Positions 35,142 through 48,772 of a stretch of 64,000 nt of DNA are shown here, in pieces. How positions within the stretch are numbered: position 1 is the stretch's first letter; every line of letters begins with the position of its first letter. Source of the DNA: Amoebidium appalachense (Eukaryota; Protista; Ichthyosporea); the NCBI GenBank assembly GCA_963693365.1, contig CAVNZM010000003.1, positions 12,739,252-12,803,251 on the forward strand. The letters are read 5' to 3'. The position numbers were made by a program, and so were the translations under genes. The notes beneath the pieces were generated by a model. That model made no database searches. It was not told the origin of the DNA and saw only the letters and a list, made by a program, of their open reading frames with translations.

Positions 35142-35896
35142 GGGGGGGGGGGCACCACCGTGGTCATCAGGACACACACACACACATGCACAATATGTAC
35201 CCACATCCTGGGCCGGTGTCTCGATTTTTCTCAGCATATTACGTACGTACCCGGGCCCCGTTCGCTCAGTACTAAATACTATTGATATGTGTTACATATG
35301 TATTATTCCTCCGAGGTGATGATACTTCAGGGCTCTCCTACAAAAATCAAAAACTATCCCGCCGGCTACTTTCAAATCCACGCTACACGCTGTTACAAAT
35401 ATTGACATCCCCTACTAGATCTTAGCTTTGCAGTGCAAATTTACTGTGACGTACACAAAAGCTGTCCGTTTAGGCCCCAGCCGGCCACCAGCCAGTATCC
35501 CCCCCCCCCCCCCCCCCCCCCTCCCCTCCCCCCACCCCTCCCCCCACTCTGTCTTCCCTCCCCCCCCCCCTCCCCCCCCCCAACCCCCCCCCACCCACAC
35601 ATGTGCATGCGTACACACACCCTTCCCAAGCACACAACACACACACCTGTACACGCTCACACAATAACAAGTGAACACACAGCGTGACAAGCACACACAC
35701 ACGCACACACACACACGCGCGCGCGCGCACACCAGCAACCCTCCTTCCCCGGCCCGTGAACCAGACATCATTAACCCTCGTGATAACTAATTATAAAGAA
35801 TGCTATTATCGATCTTGCCTCCTTCCCCCACCAATCTAGCCGCTGCTAAAAGAACCCCCCCCCCTCCCCCTCCCCCCCAACCACCACCACCACCAC

Positions 35897-35945
<49 letters not shown>

Positions 35946-36319
35946 AAGCACCATTGCGTACTGCTGAAACACACACACAAACAAACAAACAAAAAGAAAA
36001 CAAGAAAAAAGAAAGAGCTAAATGGATGCCACCAACATTTCAACCCCTCCCCCTCCCCTCCCCCCGCCCCCCTCCCCCTCCTCCCCCCTCTTACGAACGT
36101 TAACCAACCCTCCCCTTCCCCCCTCCCCCCCCCCCTCCCCCCTCCCCCCTTCCCCCCCCCTCCCCCCCCCCCCCCGGAAAATAGAAAGAACACCAACTGC
36201 CCCGATAGACAAACCAATCCCCCCCCCCCCCCCCCCCCCCCCCCCCCTTTCGTGCACTAAATTAGCTAGCAACACCACCATGTACACATTCAAAGATCAT
36301 AACACACACACACACACAT

Positions 36320-36401
<82 letters not shown>

Positions 36402-38079
36402 ACACACACACACACATGCCGAAGCACATACAAAGATCTAAGACGCGTGTGCACGTGCGCCTCACGCATGCATCAAATACATACATCTCCCCCCATCTCA
36501 CCCTCCCCTTCCCAGTCCTACGTAGGTACCCCCTCCTCCCCCTTCCCCTCAACCCCTCCCAGCAAACATACACACACAGACACACACACACACGCCGTAC
36601 ACATCTGTAACCACGTCCATGGACTTTCCTTCGACACTCGAGGACTACCGGATTCCCCTACCCCCCCTACACCCCCCCCCCCCCCCCCCCACCCCCCCCC
36701 ACAAAAAAAAGGAAGAAAGAAAAAAAGAAAGATCCCCCCCCCCCCCCCCCCCCCCCCCAACACACACACACAGACACACACACACACACACCACCACCAC
36801 CAGCAAAAGTATATGACATACCACATGTACACTGCCACATTGGGCACCAGATATCCTTCTGCCGTAAGAATTCCAAGCACGTGTCACTTTACTTCGTTCA
36901 GCAGTTTCAACCCTTACGAGTTCAACTTAAAGGGGGTTTCTCAGTTAAGTTAGCTTTTCGGGCCGGGTCGGGTCAGAGGCGATTCTAGCTATATGATTGG
37001 CGTGCTGCGCATCAGCTGCGTACCATCGTCTTGCCGGCAGCAAGTTACACATGATGCGAATTTAATGCAACAAAAAGGAAAAAGAAAAGAGAAAAAAAAG
37101 AAATGAAGAAGGGAAGAATAATAATAAAGCGTTTGGAAGAAGATTGCATGTTCATATCATGATTTATATGCTGAGTGTATGTCTTGACCAGGATGTGCTG
37201 AAATGGGGACAATTAATCGGCCTAAAAGAAAACCCCTTTAAACTCTTTTTTATCCCGGGTTTGTCCCCAAAGCTAGGAGACACCATGATGTCCCTCGAGC
37301 TTATAAAAACCGAGTGTGCCCTTTAGATAGGTTGCTAACGTTTATTGTTAATAATCAGCACAACGAGCACCCTAAACCAGGGTAGTACACAACTCTTCGA
37401 ACTATGCTCCAACATTTTTCACCTGCTTGTACTTTTTATTGCATGTTTACTTTGTTGGGTACCGGCCCGACGAAAACTTCTCGTAAAACATGTACAGCCT
37501 AGCTATACAACTAGGTATTGCATGCAGTACACACGTGGGGAATCTTTCTATGATAACGTTAAAGATTTGGTAAGGGCTTGCTGAACAATAATAAACAAAA
37601 TATCATGGAGAATTCTGGGGGTGGGATGGTCAGATTTTTCAACTGAAAAATCTATACGACTCGGTGACTATATTATAGGGTGGTATTAGGGAGAGTAGGG
37701 GAAAACTACACAGTGAGATTAAGTTATGGGAATGATAGTATCATAGTGAAGCATAATACATGGCGAATGTTCACTTTGTGCTCCAGGCACCGCTTCGAGA
37801 AAATCTATAAACATCTTAACTGTGTATGCACACGTCATCACATTTCACTAACTTTAATGTACAAGGGTCGCTTCTGCTACAAAAACTCGCTCCTCTTGAC
37901 ACTTGTCAAAAAACACTTACACACAGCCATACACCCACACATCTTCAAACTGTTGCAGCGTTAAACGTCACGGATAACCGCAAATATACAACCCGCGTGT
38001 AGGGCGGGGGGGGGGGGGGGGGGGGTTCAACCGCACACAATCGGATCCTGCAAATTTACCATCGGGGGGGAGGGGGGTT

Positions 38080-38926
38080 TTAACCGCACACAAGGAAATC
38101 GTCAAAATCCATAAACTGGTCGCCGTCCGGTGCCCACGACCTATCCTCCCCACCGTAGAAGTTTGCAAAAACGAAATATTCAACTTTCAGAGACGAAGTA
38201 GACCGGAATTTTATGCCGCTCTTAGACAAAACACTGTCACCGTCCAACCACGCCTCCATCGATCCGTCCGCCTTCCCGGCTGTGTTCATTTCCACCTTAA
38301 CACGGAGGTTGTACCAATTGTTGGGACGGACCTCGTTAGACCAGACATAACTTTGCCCCCTCTTCTCCGGCTGGCCGATGTGGTAAACGTAGTTTTCAAG
38401 CCATGCGCGGCCCCCTTTCCCCCCCCCACATCTCACGCACGCTCCAACCGTCGTGTCCGTTTGGAACCCTGTGGCCCGCGTTGCAAGAACCGCCGCACAC
38501 ACCAGGGAGCTTCCCACCCTTTGCGAAATCGAAGTTCTTTCCGGAGAAACGAAGACGGAAAGAGTAGTAGACAATATCGACCTCCTCTTTCAGTTTTGTC
38601 AGAAACCAAAGCCCGCAGTTACCGCCGGCACACCCGTCGCGGTGGCGGTGACGGAGGGCGTTTCCTCCGTTTCCATCGTCGACCAATTCGGCAAGTTTAT
38701 ATTTGTTGTTGTTTGCAGAGGTACCCGGAAAATCATCATTTAGTTCACTGGCAGAGTATCTCCCGCGTGAGTGGTTGTCGAAACCCACCGAAAGAAGTGG
38801 GCTTGTACCGGAAGGGCAACCGGAGCTCCCGCCGCGCCGAGGGGTTGAACGGGCGTCGACTAGGGCGGGGTTGAAAACGACCGCAAAGGCTGCCAGGCAG
38901 GCAGAAAGGAGAGAACTCGAAGGCAT
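38080..38926 (-). CDS. Secreted polysaccharide lyase family 14 (alginate lyase-like), intronless, apparent 1-nt frameshift in a G9 run
   Basis: Signal peptide, then PL14 motifs FDFAKGGKLPG, GWSVREMW, YVYH, NTAGKADG..EAWLDG, FYGG...SWAP. ORFs 38396-38926 and 38080-38574 join if one G is removed at 38419-38427. Confidence 0.85.
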
Positions 38927-39808
38927 TTTCGGTCCAGAGAAAAAGGGAAAATAAAAAGAGTGTGTTGTTGCTGTGTAGCTTCTATGGATAACGTGAGGTA
39001 GATAGAAGAGAGTATCAGCAGTGTTGTTGGCGTGGTAGGGTGCTATGTATAAGTCTTTGAGACGAGAGCCCTCTGTGTGTATATGTGATGAGTTGCAGAA
39101 GCTCGCATAACCACAATTTCACTCTCTAGTGCTTCGTTCTGCGGAAAGGAAGCAAGGGGCTGGGTGGGTAACTGAACCACGCTCTGATCATGAGGTTTTA
39201 TTGTAGGTTGTGTTCGGCGCAGGCTGCGGCAGGCTGTGTCTTTCATGGGAACCACCTTCTACGCGTTGCATCCGTGACCCGTCCCGTCCCAGCTAGTGCA
39301 CGGCTTACACTCTCCAAACAAAGTGATCACTGAGAGTATCATTCATGACCCACCATACGCGTGCCTCTCTTATCAGATCAGAAGAACAGCAAACGCGGAC
39401 TACACGCACACACCGAGAAAGCAAACAGACCGTTGAACAAACAAAGCTTTCGGAAGTGCTGTATGCTCCACCCTTGATGTATATCTACTAGTAACGTCGT
39501 TACTTATAGCTCTAAAATTTGTTGCCTGTTGTGTGGAAGTAGTGCATTTGGCCATAGTGCGGGAACCTCATCACCTTTGCCTCGAGTAAACAGCGTAAAC
39601 CCCAGATCACATCACATATGCACATTCGCTAATTACTATAAGAGAAACCTGCTGAGGTTAACGTTATCCGCTGGTTGCCGGTTGGATAATAATGCATGGC
39701 TGGTTGGTTGGGGACCATGCAAGAAGTGTTTTAGATCCAAATGTACACAGACCGTGCAGGCTGCGTGCATAAGACGCGCACTTGTGACGTGTTCACAGTT
39801 CGCGGCGG

Positions 39809-40204
39809 CAGGGTTGGGCTGGGGTTGACCAGCCTAACCGTATGGCCCTTGGGCCAATCGTAACGGACTATTTCTTAATCGTAATGGGGGGGTTCTTGCG
39901 GAGCGTTCAGCCCCGTCGAAAACGCCCCTCCGGTCAAAACTTCCAAAATGTGCATTTTTACAAATTGAGTATTGTAGGATTACAGGCCCTGAGCACTAGT
40001 CGGGGCTCGATATTGCACAGCAAGAGAGCTGCAGATAGGTTCTTGAACAGAAATATTGAAAAAATAGGCAAGATTAGATAGTCGAGCATATTTTACGCTA
40101 AACACCTGATACGAAAGCTGTTACAACGGCACCCCAACCTTATTCGTATCGGGGTCTCTCGTTAATCGTAATTACGACGATTTTCGTTCGTAATCCCTAC
40201 CCTG
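39809..40204. mobile_element. hAT-type MITE, 396 bp
   Basis: TIR CAGGGTTGGG ... CCCTACCCTG with a perfect 8-bp TSD CGCGGCGG at 39801-39808 and 40205-40212. Subterminal AATCGTAA repeats. Confidence 0.85.
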
Positions 40205-41597
40205 CGCGGCGGCCGTTCAGTGAACTCTATCGATCTGTAGAACTATTGGATTCCTGGGATCACGAATCAAGAAATTCCGAGTATATAATGCGCACATTGT
40301 GTAACACAACTCTAGAGATATCAACAGGTCTTGCAATATATTATTCTATTAGCTGTCTCGTTGAATACGCTGCTCTTGTATTCGTTTTACGAGGAAGTCG
40401 GCCCGGCATTCCATTTTCTCCCCGGCAAGACACTTTTGTTCCAAGCCGAATGTTGATTGGTTGGGTAGGTGATTGGTCGAAGATCTCGCCAAATGGTTGG
40501 CACGGACCGCACTAGCGTGGCTGCGTAACTTACTAAGTAAGACTCCACGCATCAGGGTGTGAAATGTGTGGTTGGGAGATAGGCGACCGTTTCACACTAT
40601 GCATTTTAGCAAGGGATTGTTTCTTCTATGAGTTTTCCCTCAGCAGTGCCACAAAGACCAGTGGGCCTACTAAAACTTAGGGAATTTCCCCCCCGATTTT
40701 ATGGATATCTACTGTAGTCTAGTTTCACAGCTCACCAGGTTTAAATATTCAAAGCCAGCGTGCACGTTCACGTGATTTCGGTGTGATACCCGGCGCGCTC
40801 GCAACCTGGTTACCTGGTTGCCTGGTGACTCAGGCCCTGGTCCAGCGCTTGCCCAGCAATTATCAGAGCATTTCAAAAGAATAATAACCCTAATACACGA
40901 GTGCAGGCATGCTCGTGCACGTGTGCGTCAGGGTGCATTGTGCTGGCAAATTCCCGCCCCGGTGACCATATGCATGTATATACGCCCAGGCCTGGGCGCA
41001 ATCATTCGTGCCAAGGAAGGAACGAACTTCATTCATCATCGGATTAGACCTATCTACTTACTTAAAGTCTTCTAGGTGGCCGGTGCCAACTTTCCTGTTG
41101 CCCTGGCGCGTGCACACAATGTCAAACTGCAGTGACAGTGTGTGAGTATGCAGCACTAGAATTGTTTTCCCATGTGCACGGCAACAAGGTTTTAATTAGT
41201 CACGTGCACGGAGCATAATAATGGTTTTTGGGACTGGCTGAGTTTGTAGCGATGTTATCACCCCTCAAGAGCGCCTTTTTGGCTGCTATCTATATTTCCT
41301 GAAAGCTTATAATATTTACTAACTTGTTTTGTAGAAGAAATGGTCAGGCAGGCAGCGCTGCAGCCAAAAAAGGTAGCCAGCAAGGGGACAAAACTAACCT
41401 TTTATAGTTTAATAGCCACCTGCCAAAAATGGCACGCCAAGGCTAATTTGATCGGGTAATATCGGCCGGCATGCTCGTGCACGGTGTGTGTAAAATGTAG
41501 ATGGTGAGATGATGTGTGTGCACGAGAGGGGAGAGAGAGAGAGAGAGGGAGCTAGGGGGGGGGGGGGGGGGGGGGGGAGAGAGAGAGAGAGAGAGAG

Positions 41598-41631
<34 letters not shown>

Positions 41632-43878
41632 TGAGAGAGAGAGAGAGTTTGTGTGTGTGTGTTCGTGTGTGTGCGCGTGTGACTGTGTGTTTGTGTCTGC
41701 GTGTGTCCTGCGGTTTTCGGCGCTTGCTGAATAATTGGATACCGAAAAGCAATCCGAAGTTTATGCGGAATCATGTTGCTTCTTGCAGAAAAACAGAAAT
41801 CTGCAGAAACTTTAAGTTGCCTTTTGCAAAAAAAATCTGCTTACAATAAGTTTTTTCTTCCCCCATATATACATAAGCAGAATGACTCGGTAAACATTAA
41901 GGCAGAATAATCCCGATTTGTCAAAACTTATGGCGATGGTGTTGTAGATGAATAGTTGGCCTTGAAAGCAGAATAATCCTGCTCTTGTAAACCTAATTCT
42001 GCTTTTGCAGAAGTATTTTTCTTATTCCTCCCCTCCCCCTCCCCCTCCCCCTTCCCCTCCCCTCCCCCCCCCCCCCCCCCCCCCCCCCCTCCCTCGGCCC
42101 CTCGCCCCCATAGGGCCAACTAGTGATAACGGCTTTTTGGGGGGAGGGGATTGCGGGCCCAATCAAATAGCTTCAACTCTTCGAGAGGGAATTGCGGGCC
42201 CAATCAGGTCATATAGCCTAAAATAATCCGATTTCCAGCAAGGCCCAATCAATCGATCAAACCCGTGAGCCAGCTCCATCTGATTCGTTTAAGCAAGAGT
42301 GTGGCAATTAATGTTACCTTGAAGCTGCGCCGCCATCGCATTCATAGGGAGAAAACAAAACATTCAATAACCACTGAGTTATTTTCACATGAATGAATGC
42401 AAAACACTTTTTATATGTTTTTGTGGTTTTGTTTCAAAGCTGTTTTTGTGCAATAAATACATATGATATATTATACGCAGATGTCGCTTGTTCACGCCAT
42501 AACTTTGCGCTAAATCCGATTTGTGTTGCCCCTCCCAAAAACGGCTTGAGCAGATTGACCAAGATGGAATCCTCTGGGCGTTATCACTCTTTGGCCAGAT
42601 GAAGCTGCAACTTTCTAATGCTTTCTCTCCCCCCTCCCCCCCCCCCCCCTCCCCCCTCCCTGCCGGCCCCCTCCCCCTCCTCTCTCCTCTGTCTAGCCGG
42701 TCACAGGCGAGCACTGAGGCAATGCCGACAACACACACACACAGTGGCATGTAAACAGTCAACACACACGTTTGTGGGACAGGGAGGGGGCCCGGGGAGA
42801 GGAGGGGGGGGGGGGGGGGGGGGGGGAGGGGGGGAGGGGAGGGGGGGGCAGGGGGAGGGGGATGGGAGACCTGTGCGAGAGGGAGCTGCGGGGGAAGGAG
42901 GATGAGGGGGGGGGAGGGGGGGAAGTGGGGTGGGGAGTGGGGGGCAATGGAGGGGGGGGGGGGGGGGGGATTAAGGTGGGGGGGGGGGGGTAATGGGGGG
43001 GGGGGGGGAATGAAGGGGGGAGGGGGCTTGGAGGGAGGGGGGGGGGAGAGTGAGGGGGGGGGGGGGGGGGGAGGGGGGGGGGGGAGTGGGGAGGGGGGAG
43101 GGCCGGCCGGAGGGGGCGCAATGGAGGGAGCAAGGGCCGGAAACGAAGAGCTGTCGATACTTTTCAGGGCATTGAATTCATTCGGTTGAAGTAGAACCCA
43201 CACGGCCAGGGGGGTGGGGCTAACCCGACCCGAATCCCTATTTAAACAGAACTTCAATCTGTGTCTTTCAAAGATATCAAAGGATTTTCGAAATTTCTCA
43301 ATCGCACAGGTTGTGGTGTTCACCATGCATGTCGCGTGCCCAAAAAGGAACGCCCCATATATGGAAACAACCAATCAGTGTGCTCCATTTTATGGGGTGT
43401 GAGCCGTCTGCAGGCGGCCACGAGCCATTCGGTGATGCCTGCATTATGCACTGTGACATATTTCTTCCATTCTTCTGCAGTGTATAGTTAGGTGTTCATG
43501 GTGCCGCACCCAATGTGTAACAACAACCACCCCCCCCCCCCCCCCCCCCGCTACTCGCCACCACAACGCACACACACATGGACGCACACACACAGACACA
43601 AACACACACACGCACACACACACACGCACACACGCACACACACACACGCACAGACACACACACACACACACACAGACACACCACCACCACATTTACCATT
43701 GCACCACGAGTCGCCATCACAACTCGAAACGAAAACAGACCTGCCAAAAAAGATAAAAACAACAGCAACAATCATTGTAACAACTGCGAAAAAGGAGTTC
43801 TCTTTCTACAACAACATAAACAACAACCATTTTTGAATGTGTTTCTTGAGAAAAACAGTAGTTTTTTTTTTTTTTTTT

Positions 43879-43924
<46 letters not shown>

Positions 43925-44933
43925 GGGGGAAAAAGAGAAGGGGACGCAGAGAGAGAGAGATAGAAAGGGAAGAAGGAAATGGAAGAGATGGAGAGATATG
44001 GCGGGAAAGAAAGAGAGGGAGAGGAGAGATAGGCGGAGAGAGATGGTGTGTACGTGCTTGTGTTTGTGTGCATGTGTGCGTTCGTGCCTGCATGCGTTTG
44101 TGTGTGTGTATGTGTGTGTGTTTGTGTGTGTGTACGTGCTTTAATTTAGCTATAACCTTTAGTCAAATAGTTAAGTCACATCCCTATTTGGCTATTGGAT
44201 TAACATGGGCATATGGTGACACATTCGCTGCAACAACTTAGCGGCATTTACATGGTGAAATCTTATTTGTGGTCCGACAAAGATGCTAATTTCCTATTGG
44301 CGGATGTAGAGAACACGTGAACAAGTCAATGCAGTAGTATCTAGCGATTAACCAAGAAAATTGAAATGCCATGCACTGAATTTAACTAACTTAACACCGT
44401 TTATCTCGATCCCATCTGCCTCATAAACTATGGATTTCTGGGGGAATATTCGAAGTCTAAAGCCTAGTTTACAACTACATAATCATTATTCATACCAGAA
44501 CTGGTTCTATACTTAAACTTTTACTGATGCCTCAATAAAAGGAGGTATGTATTAATCAATCATTTACAGACAACAGTTTGTGCTTTGCACCATGAATTCA
44601 CGTCAAAATACAGTGTGTGCTATGCATACATACATAATGTGGGTACCTTTATGGGGGCTGTGTGTGCTAGCTTATCCCCCCCCCCCCCCCCCCCTCCCTC
44701 CCTCCCTCCCCCCCCCTCCCCCCCCCCCGCTTAATGCCTACAAGAATACTAAACATTACATACCGAGAAAAGGAGGAGGGGGAAGGGGAAAGATCTCTAG
44801 AGGTGGGGAGGAGGGGGGGAGAGATGGGGAGACAGACAGAGAGAAAGAGGGATTCTCGTGCATGTGTGTGTGTGTGTGTGTGTGTGTGCACGCGTGCATG
44901 CGGTTGTCTGCGTGTGACCCATGCACCTGTTAC

Positions 44934-46144
44934 TCAAACCACCTTTTTGGGCCGCAGAACCACCACACGTTTCTCACGCAACGGCTCGACCACAAACACC
45001 ACTGCATCATCAAAGACATACAGGCCATGCAGTGCTCTCATCCTTCCAATATGCGCCGGGACGGCGATGGCGTGTATTTTCGCAACCGAATCCTCCGAAT
45101 CCCAACAAATCCACTCGATCTTGTTCATGTATTCGCCGTGCGCAAAGAAAATCTGGCGGAGGGGCCCCACCGAACTACTCGTGCAGTCTATGACGTAGGG
45201 CATTTCATATTCGAGCTCGATACACATATCGCAATGTTCTCCGAAACTCTCACCCCCATGCAACGGGTTTGCATTCGTGGTTTCCCGCTTGCAGTAGGAT
45301 GAGATAGGGTTCCATTTTGAGTGGCATACCGTAGTGCGGCAGTTACCTAGCTGGCGGAAGTGGTAGAGGGAGGTGGTGTGGAAGGTATTTTCGTTTGTTA
45401 CGTGAATGTGTGTGTCCTGACGCATGATGTGCCCGCACGCAATATTTCCCGAAGCCCCGATGAAAATCTTTCTGCCGGTGGCCATGTCGTAAACGATGTA
45501 AACGTTGCCGCACGCGAGAATAACCCATTTGCCGTGCGTTTTGATCTGGAAGTTATCCTCTGTAGTTACTCGCAGCTCGCACTCAGAGGACCATACCTTC
45601 TCTCCTGTAGCAATTTCGCTCGAGATGATGCTGACAAGAAAAGTGTTGCGGCGAACCTCGTCGGTGAATGTTAGAACGGTGGACCGGTCACTAGAAACGA
45701 CCACGTGCGCTATCTCTTTGTCGGAAGGGTTGAACTCGGAGTACGTAGCGCCCGTGTGTACCTCCCACACTTTCACTTTGTTAGGCGAGACTAGCACGGC
45801 TACAAACGGATACGCAATGGCGGTGGATTTTCTGTTGTCGAAATAGATTGTGTCGGTACTGTTGTGGGGGGTGGTGGTGATGGTGCGGATCACTCGACCT
45901 GTTTCCATGTCCCACACGGCAATGTTGTGGTAGGTGGCAACGGCAGCATATTTCCCGTCGCAGACAAACTGTTGCCATTCGGCAGCTTTCTCTTGCAAAG
46001 GCATAAGGGCATCCATGACACTGCGATTCAAGGGCTTGGTCAGTAATTGATTGTTGAGTTGTCCACTGTGTCATTCTGCAAAGGCATTCCCTGACATATA
46101 TTTCAATGATGCTTCATGGATGCTTATAAGATGCATGCAGTAAG

Positions 46145-46200
<56 letters not shown>

Positions 46201-46614
46201 TTCCGGCCTCCTCTCCGTGCGCCCCCTCACCCCTCCTCCCCCCTCCTCTCCTCCCCTCCCCTCCCCCCCCCCCCCCCCGCCAAAAAAAATAAAAATAAAT
46301 AAAAATAAAAGAAGAAGAAAGAAAGAAAGAAAAGACCACCACCACCACCTCACCCCGCCGGCAGCTTACCAAATAGCCCCCCCGGCCCTGACCCTGCTAA
46401 TCCTCCCGCACCTTTACCCATACCGGATCAGGATACATAAAAAACTGGCGCACAACTCACCATAGCTATCGAGAACCCTTCCCCCCCCCTCCGGGACCCC
46501 CCGGCTAACCCTCTGGCCCGCCAGTTTGTTCCATGTGGCAGTCCCTCCCAATCCCTTGCTTCAATTCGAAGGCAAATAAATCATGCACATCAACAGCTCA
46601 AAAACGACGGAACA
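44934..46614 (-). pseudogene. F-box-like plus WD40/beta-propeller-like gene remnant
   Basis: A 365-codon ORF (44934-46031) has WD-like repeats (IAVWDMETG, VKVWEVHTG, IVYDMATG). It is preceded in frame by AE*HSG (TGA at 46071-46073). An upstream exon-like segment 46614-46370 reads VFRRF*AVDVHDLFAFEL..SKDW.., F-box-like, with frameshifts. The ORF could still be expressed from the ATG at 46016. Confidence 0.55.
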
Positions 46615-46643
46615 CTACACACTACATGTTGCTTCCCCCCCCC

Positions 46644-46674
<31 letters not shown>

Positions 46675-46813
46675 ACACACCTCCCTGCCTCCCCTCCCTC
46701 CCCAACCAACCAACCAACCAACCAACCACCGCTCACCCACCAACCCCTCCTCACACACACACACACCACCACCCACCCCCACAGACGAGCAAAGCAACCG
46801 TACAAGGGAAATT

Positions 46814-47548
46814 CTACAAATACGACAAGGATGCCCACTTTATCTCGTAGCCATCCCGGAACATGCAGTGCACAGGCAGCTCTTTCACCGGCCCATCCTC
46901 CGGCCACGGCAGCCCAAAGAAGTCAAACTCCCGCCGTAGGTTCTCCCTCCGCACGGCACACGCAGGCAGAGGGGGAGGCTGGAGGGTGCGGCAGCTGTTG
47001 AGCACAGCGGCAAAGAAGTCTCCATCCCTGTCCATAAACACCATGCCCCCTTCTGATTGGATGGTGTGCCTGCCGCTGAACCAAGCTGCCAGCATGGCCG
47101 CTGTGCTCATGAGCACAGCGGCAAAGAAGTCTCCATCCCTGTCCATAAACACCATGCCCCCTTCTGATTGGATGGTGTGCCTGCCGCTGAACCAAGCTGC
47201 CAGCATGGCGGTGGGGTAGGCACAGAGGGTCTGACGGGTGGTGTCGAAGCGGCGGCCACCCACGTGGAGGCTCACCCGGTCGCTGGGGGAGAGGTTCACA
47301 CCGGCAATGGCTGCACGTGCTGCCTCTAAACGGAACTGTGCTCTGTAGGTGGGTGATAGTTTCGTTGTGAGATACATATACTTTGCACCAATTTGTTGAG
47401 GAAAATTTGATTTGGGTGTGAACCCCCTCCCCCCCCCCCCCCCTCCTCCTCATCCTCGTTCTCCCCTGTCCCACCCCCTCCCCACCTCACTACTGCATGC
47501 ATCGTGACCCACGCTTTCCCATCAACCTACTGACACGTTTACTCCACC

Positions 47549-47592
<44 letters not shown>

Positions 47593-47780
47593 AAAAAAAA
47601 CAGAAAAGAAAAGGAAACCACCCACCCATCATCCATCCTTCTCTACCGTAGAACAAGTACCCCCCCCCCCCCCTCCCCCTCCCCCCCAGTCCCTCCCTCC
47701 TCGTCCTCCCCCCCCCCTCCCCTTCCCCCCGAGTCCCTCCCCCCCCCCCCCCCCCCCCCTCCCCCTCCCTCCCCCCCCCC

Positions 47781-47811
<31 letters not shown>

Positions 47812-48772
47812 CCACCCACCAAACCAAACCACCGTTGGCCAACTTGAAAACCAAAAGATAAAAAAGCAAGATAAACACCAGACCAATCATTCACATCATT
47901 TTCTTTTATCTATGACTTTCCCTTCCCTACCCCCCCCCCCCCCCCCCCCCCCCCCCACTCCCCCTAAACAACCAGCACCCACCCTTCAAAAACCTCTCCC
48001 CTTTACTAGTCTAAATTTAAACTTAGACGAAGAATATATGGAGGGAGAGGTAGAGGGGCAAGCATGAGGGAAGTCGAGGACCTCCCCCCTCCCCCCGCAG
48101 GCGCACACCAACCAGCCACCCACCCACCCACCCACCCACCACACAGAAAAAAAAAAAAAAAGGCGGAGGGGAATTCGAGAAAAAGAAAAAGCAAAAAAAA
48201 GAAAAATGCTTTGGTATAGATAGACTAGTGATAAGAGTTTGCGGAGCCTATGACGTGCCAAAGACGGAATGGGGGGAAGTGGGGGGAGGGGTGTGTGTCT
48301 GTGTCAGGAGGAACATGAACGGGCGGGGGGGAAGGAAGGAAGAGGGGAGAGGCGGGGAGATGGGGAAAAGGGGGGGGGGGGGAGGGGGTGGGGGAGGGAG
48401 AGGGAGGGAGAGAAAGAGGAAATGGGATAGGGAGATCCAGAAAGGAAGATCTTTCAACAAAAATGAGGAGAAACGAATGGAGGGGGGAGCCTCGGAAAGG
48501 GGGTCAGTCAGGAGGAATGGCAAAAAAAAAAAAAAAGGCAATATCAAAACCTACCTCTCCTCTTCCAGCCGACAGCGGTTCTGCTCGACCTCGTCGTTTC
48601 TCATCTCCAACGCCACAAGGTCTCGTGCCATCTTCATCTCCCACTCCAGCCTCTCATCTTTGAGCCTACTCCTCTCTGCAGCCAGATCTGCCTTCTCCTT
48701 CTGGCACCTGTCCCACAAGTACTATATGGCCGCCAACATGGCGTAGAGCTGGCACTCGGGATGGTCACACAT
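46814..48772 (-). pseudogene. Coiled-coil plus KCTD-type BTB/POZ (T1) domain gene, disrupted
   Basis: Exon 48772-48555 (coiled coil, in-frame TAG at 48722-48724) splices in phase 2 to 47342-46814. That exon reads VSLHVGGRRFDTTRQTL..YP.AMLAAWFSG...VFMDRDGDFF..VLN...EFDFFGL and carries a 111-bp internal tandem duplication. Confidence 0.8.

Noticed and set aside
41860-42300. Short dispersed repeats (ATTGCGGGCCCAATCA, AATAATCC)
   Set aside because: Probably TE subterminal repeats, but no boundaries could be defined.
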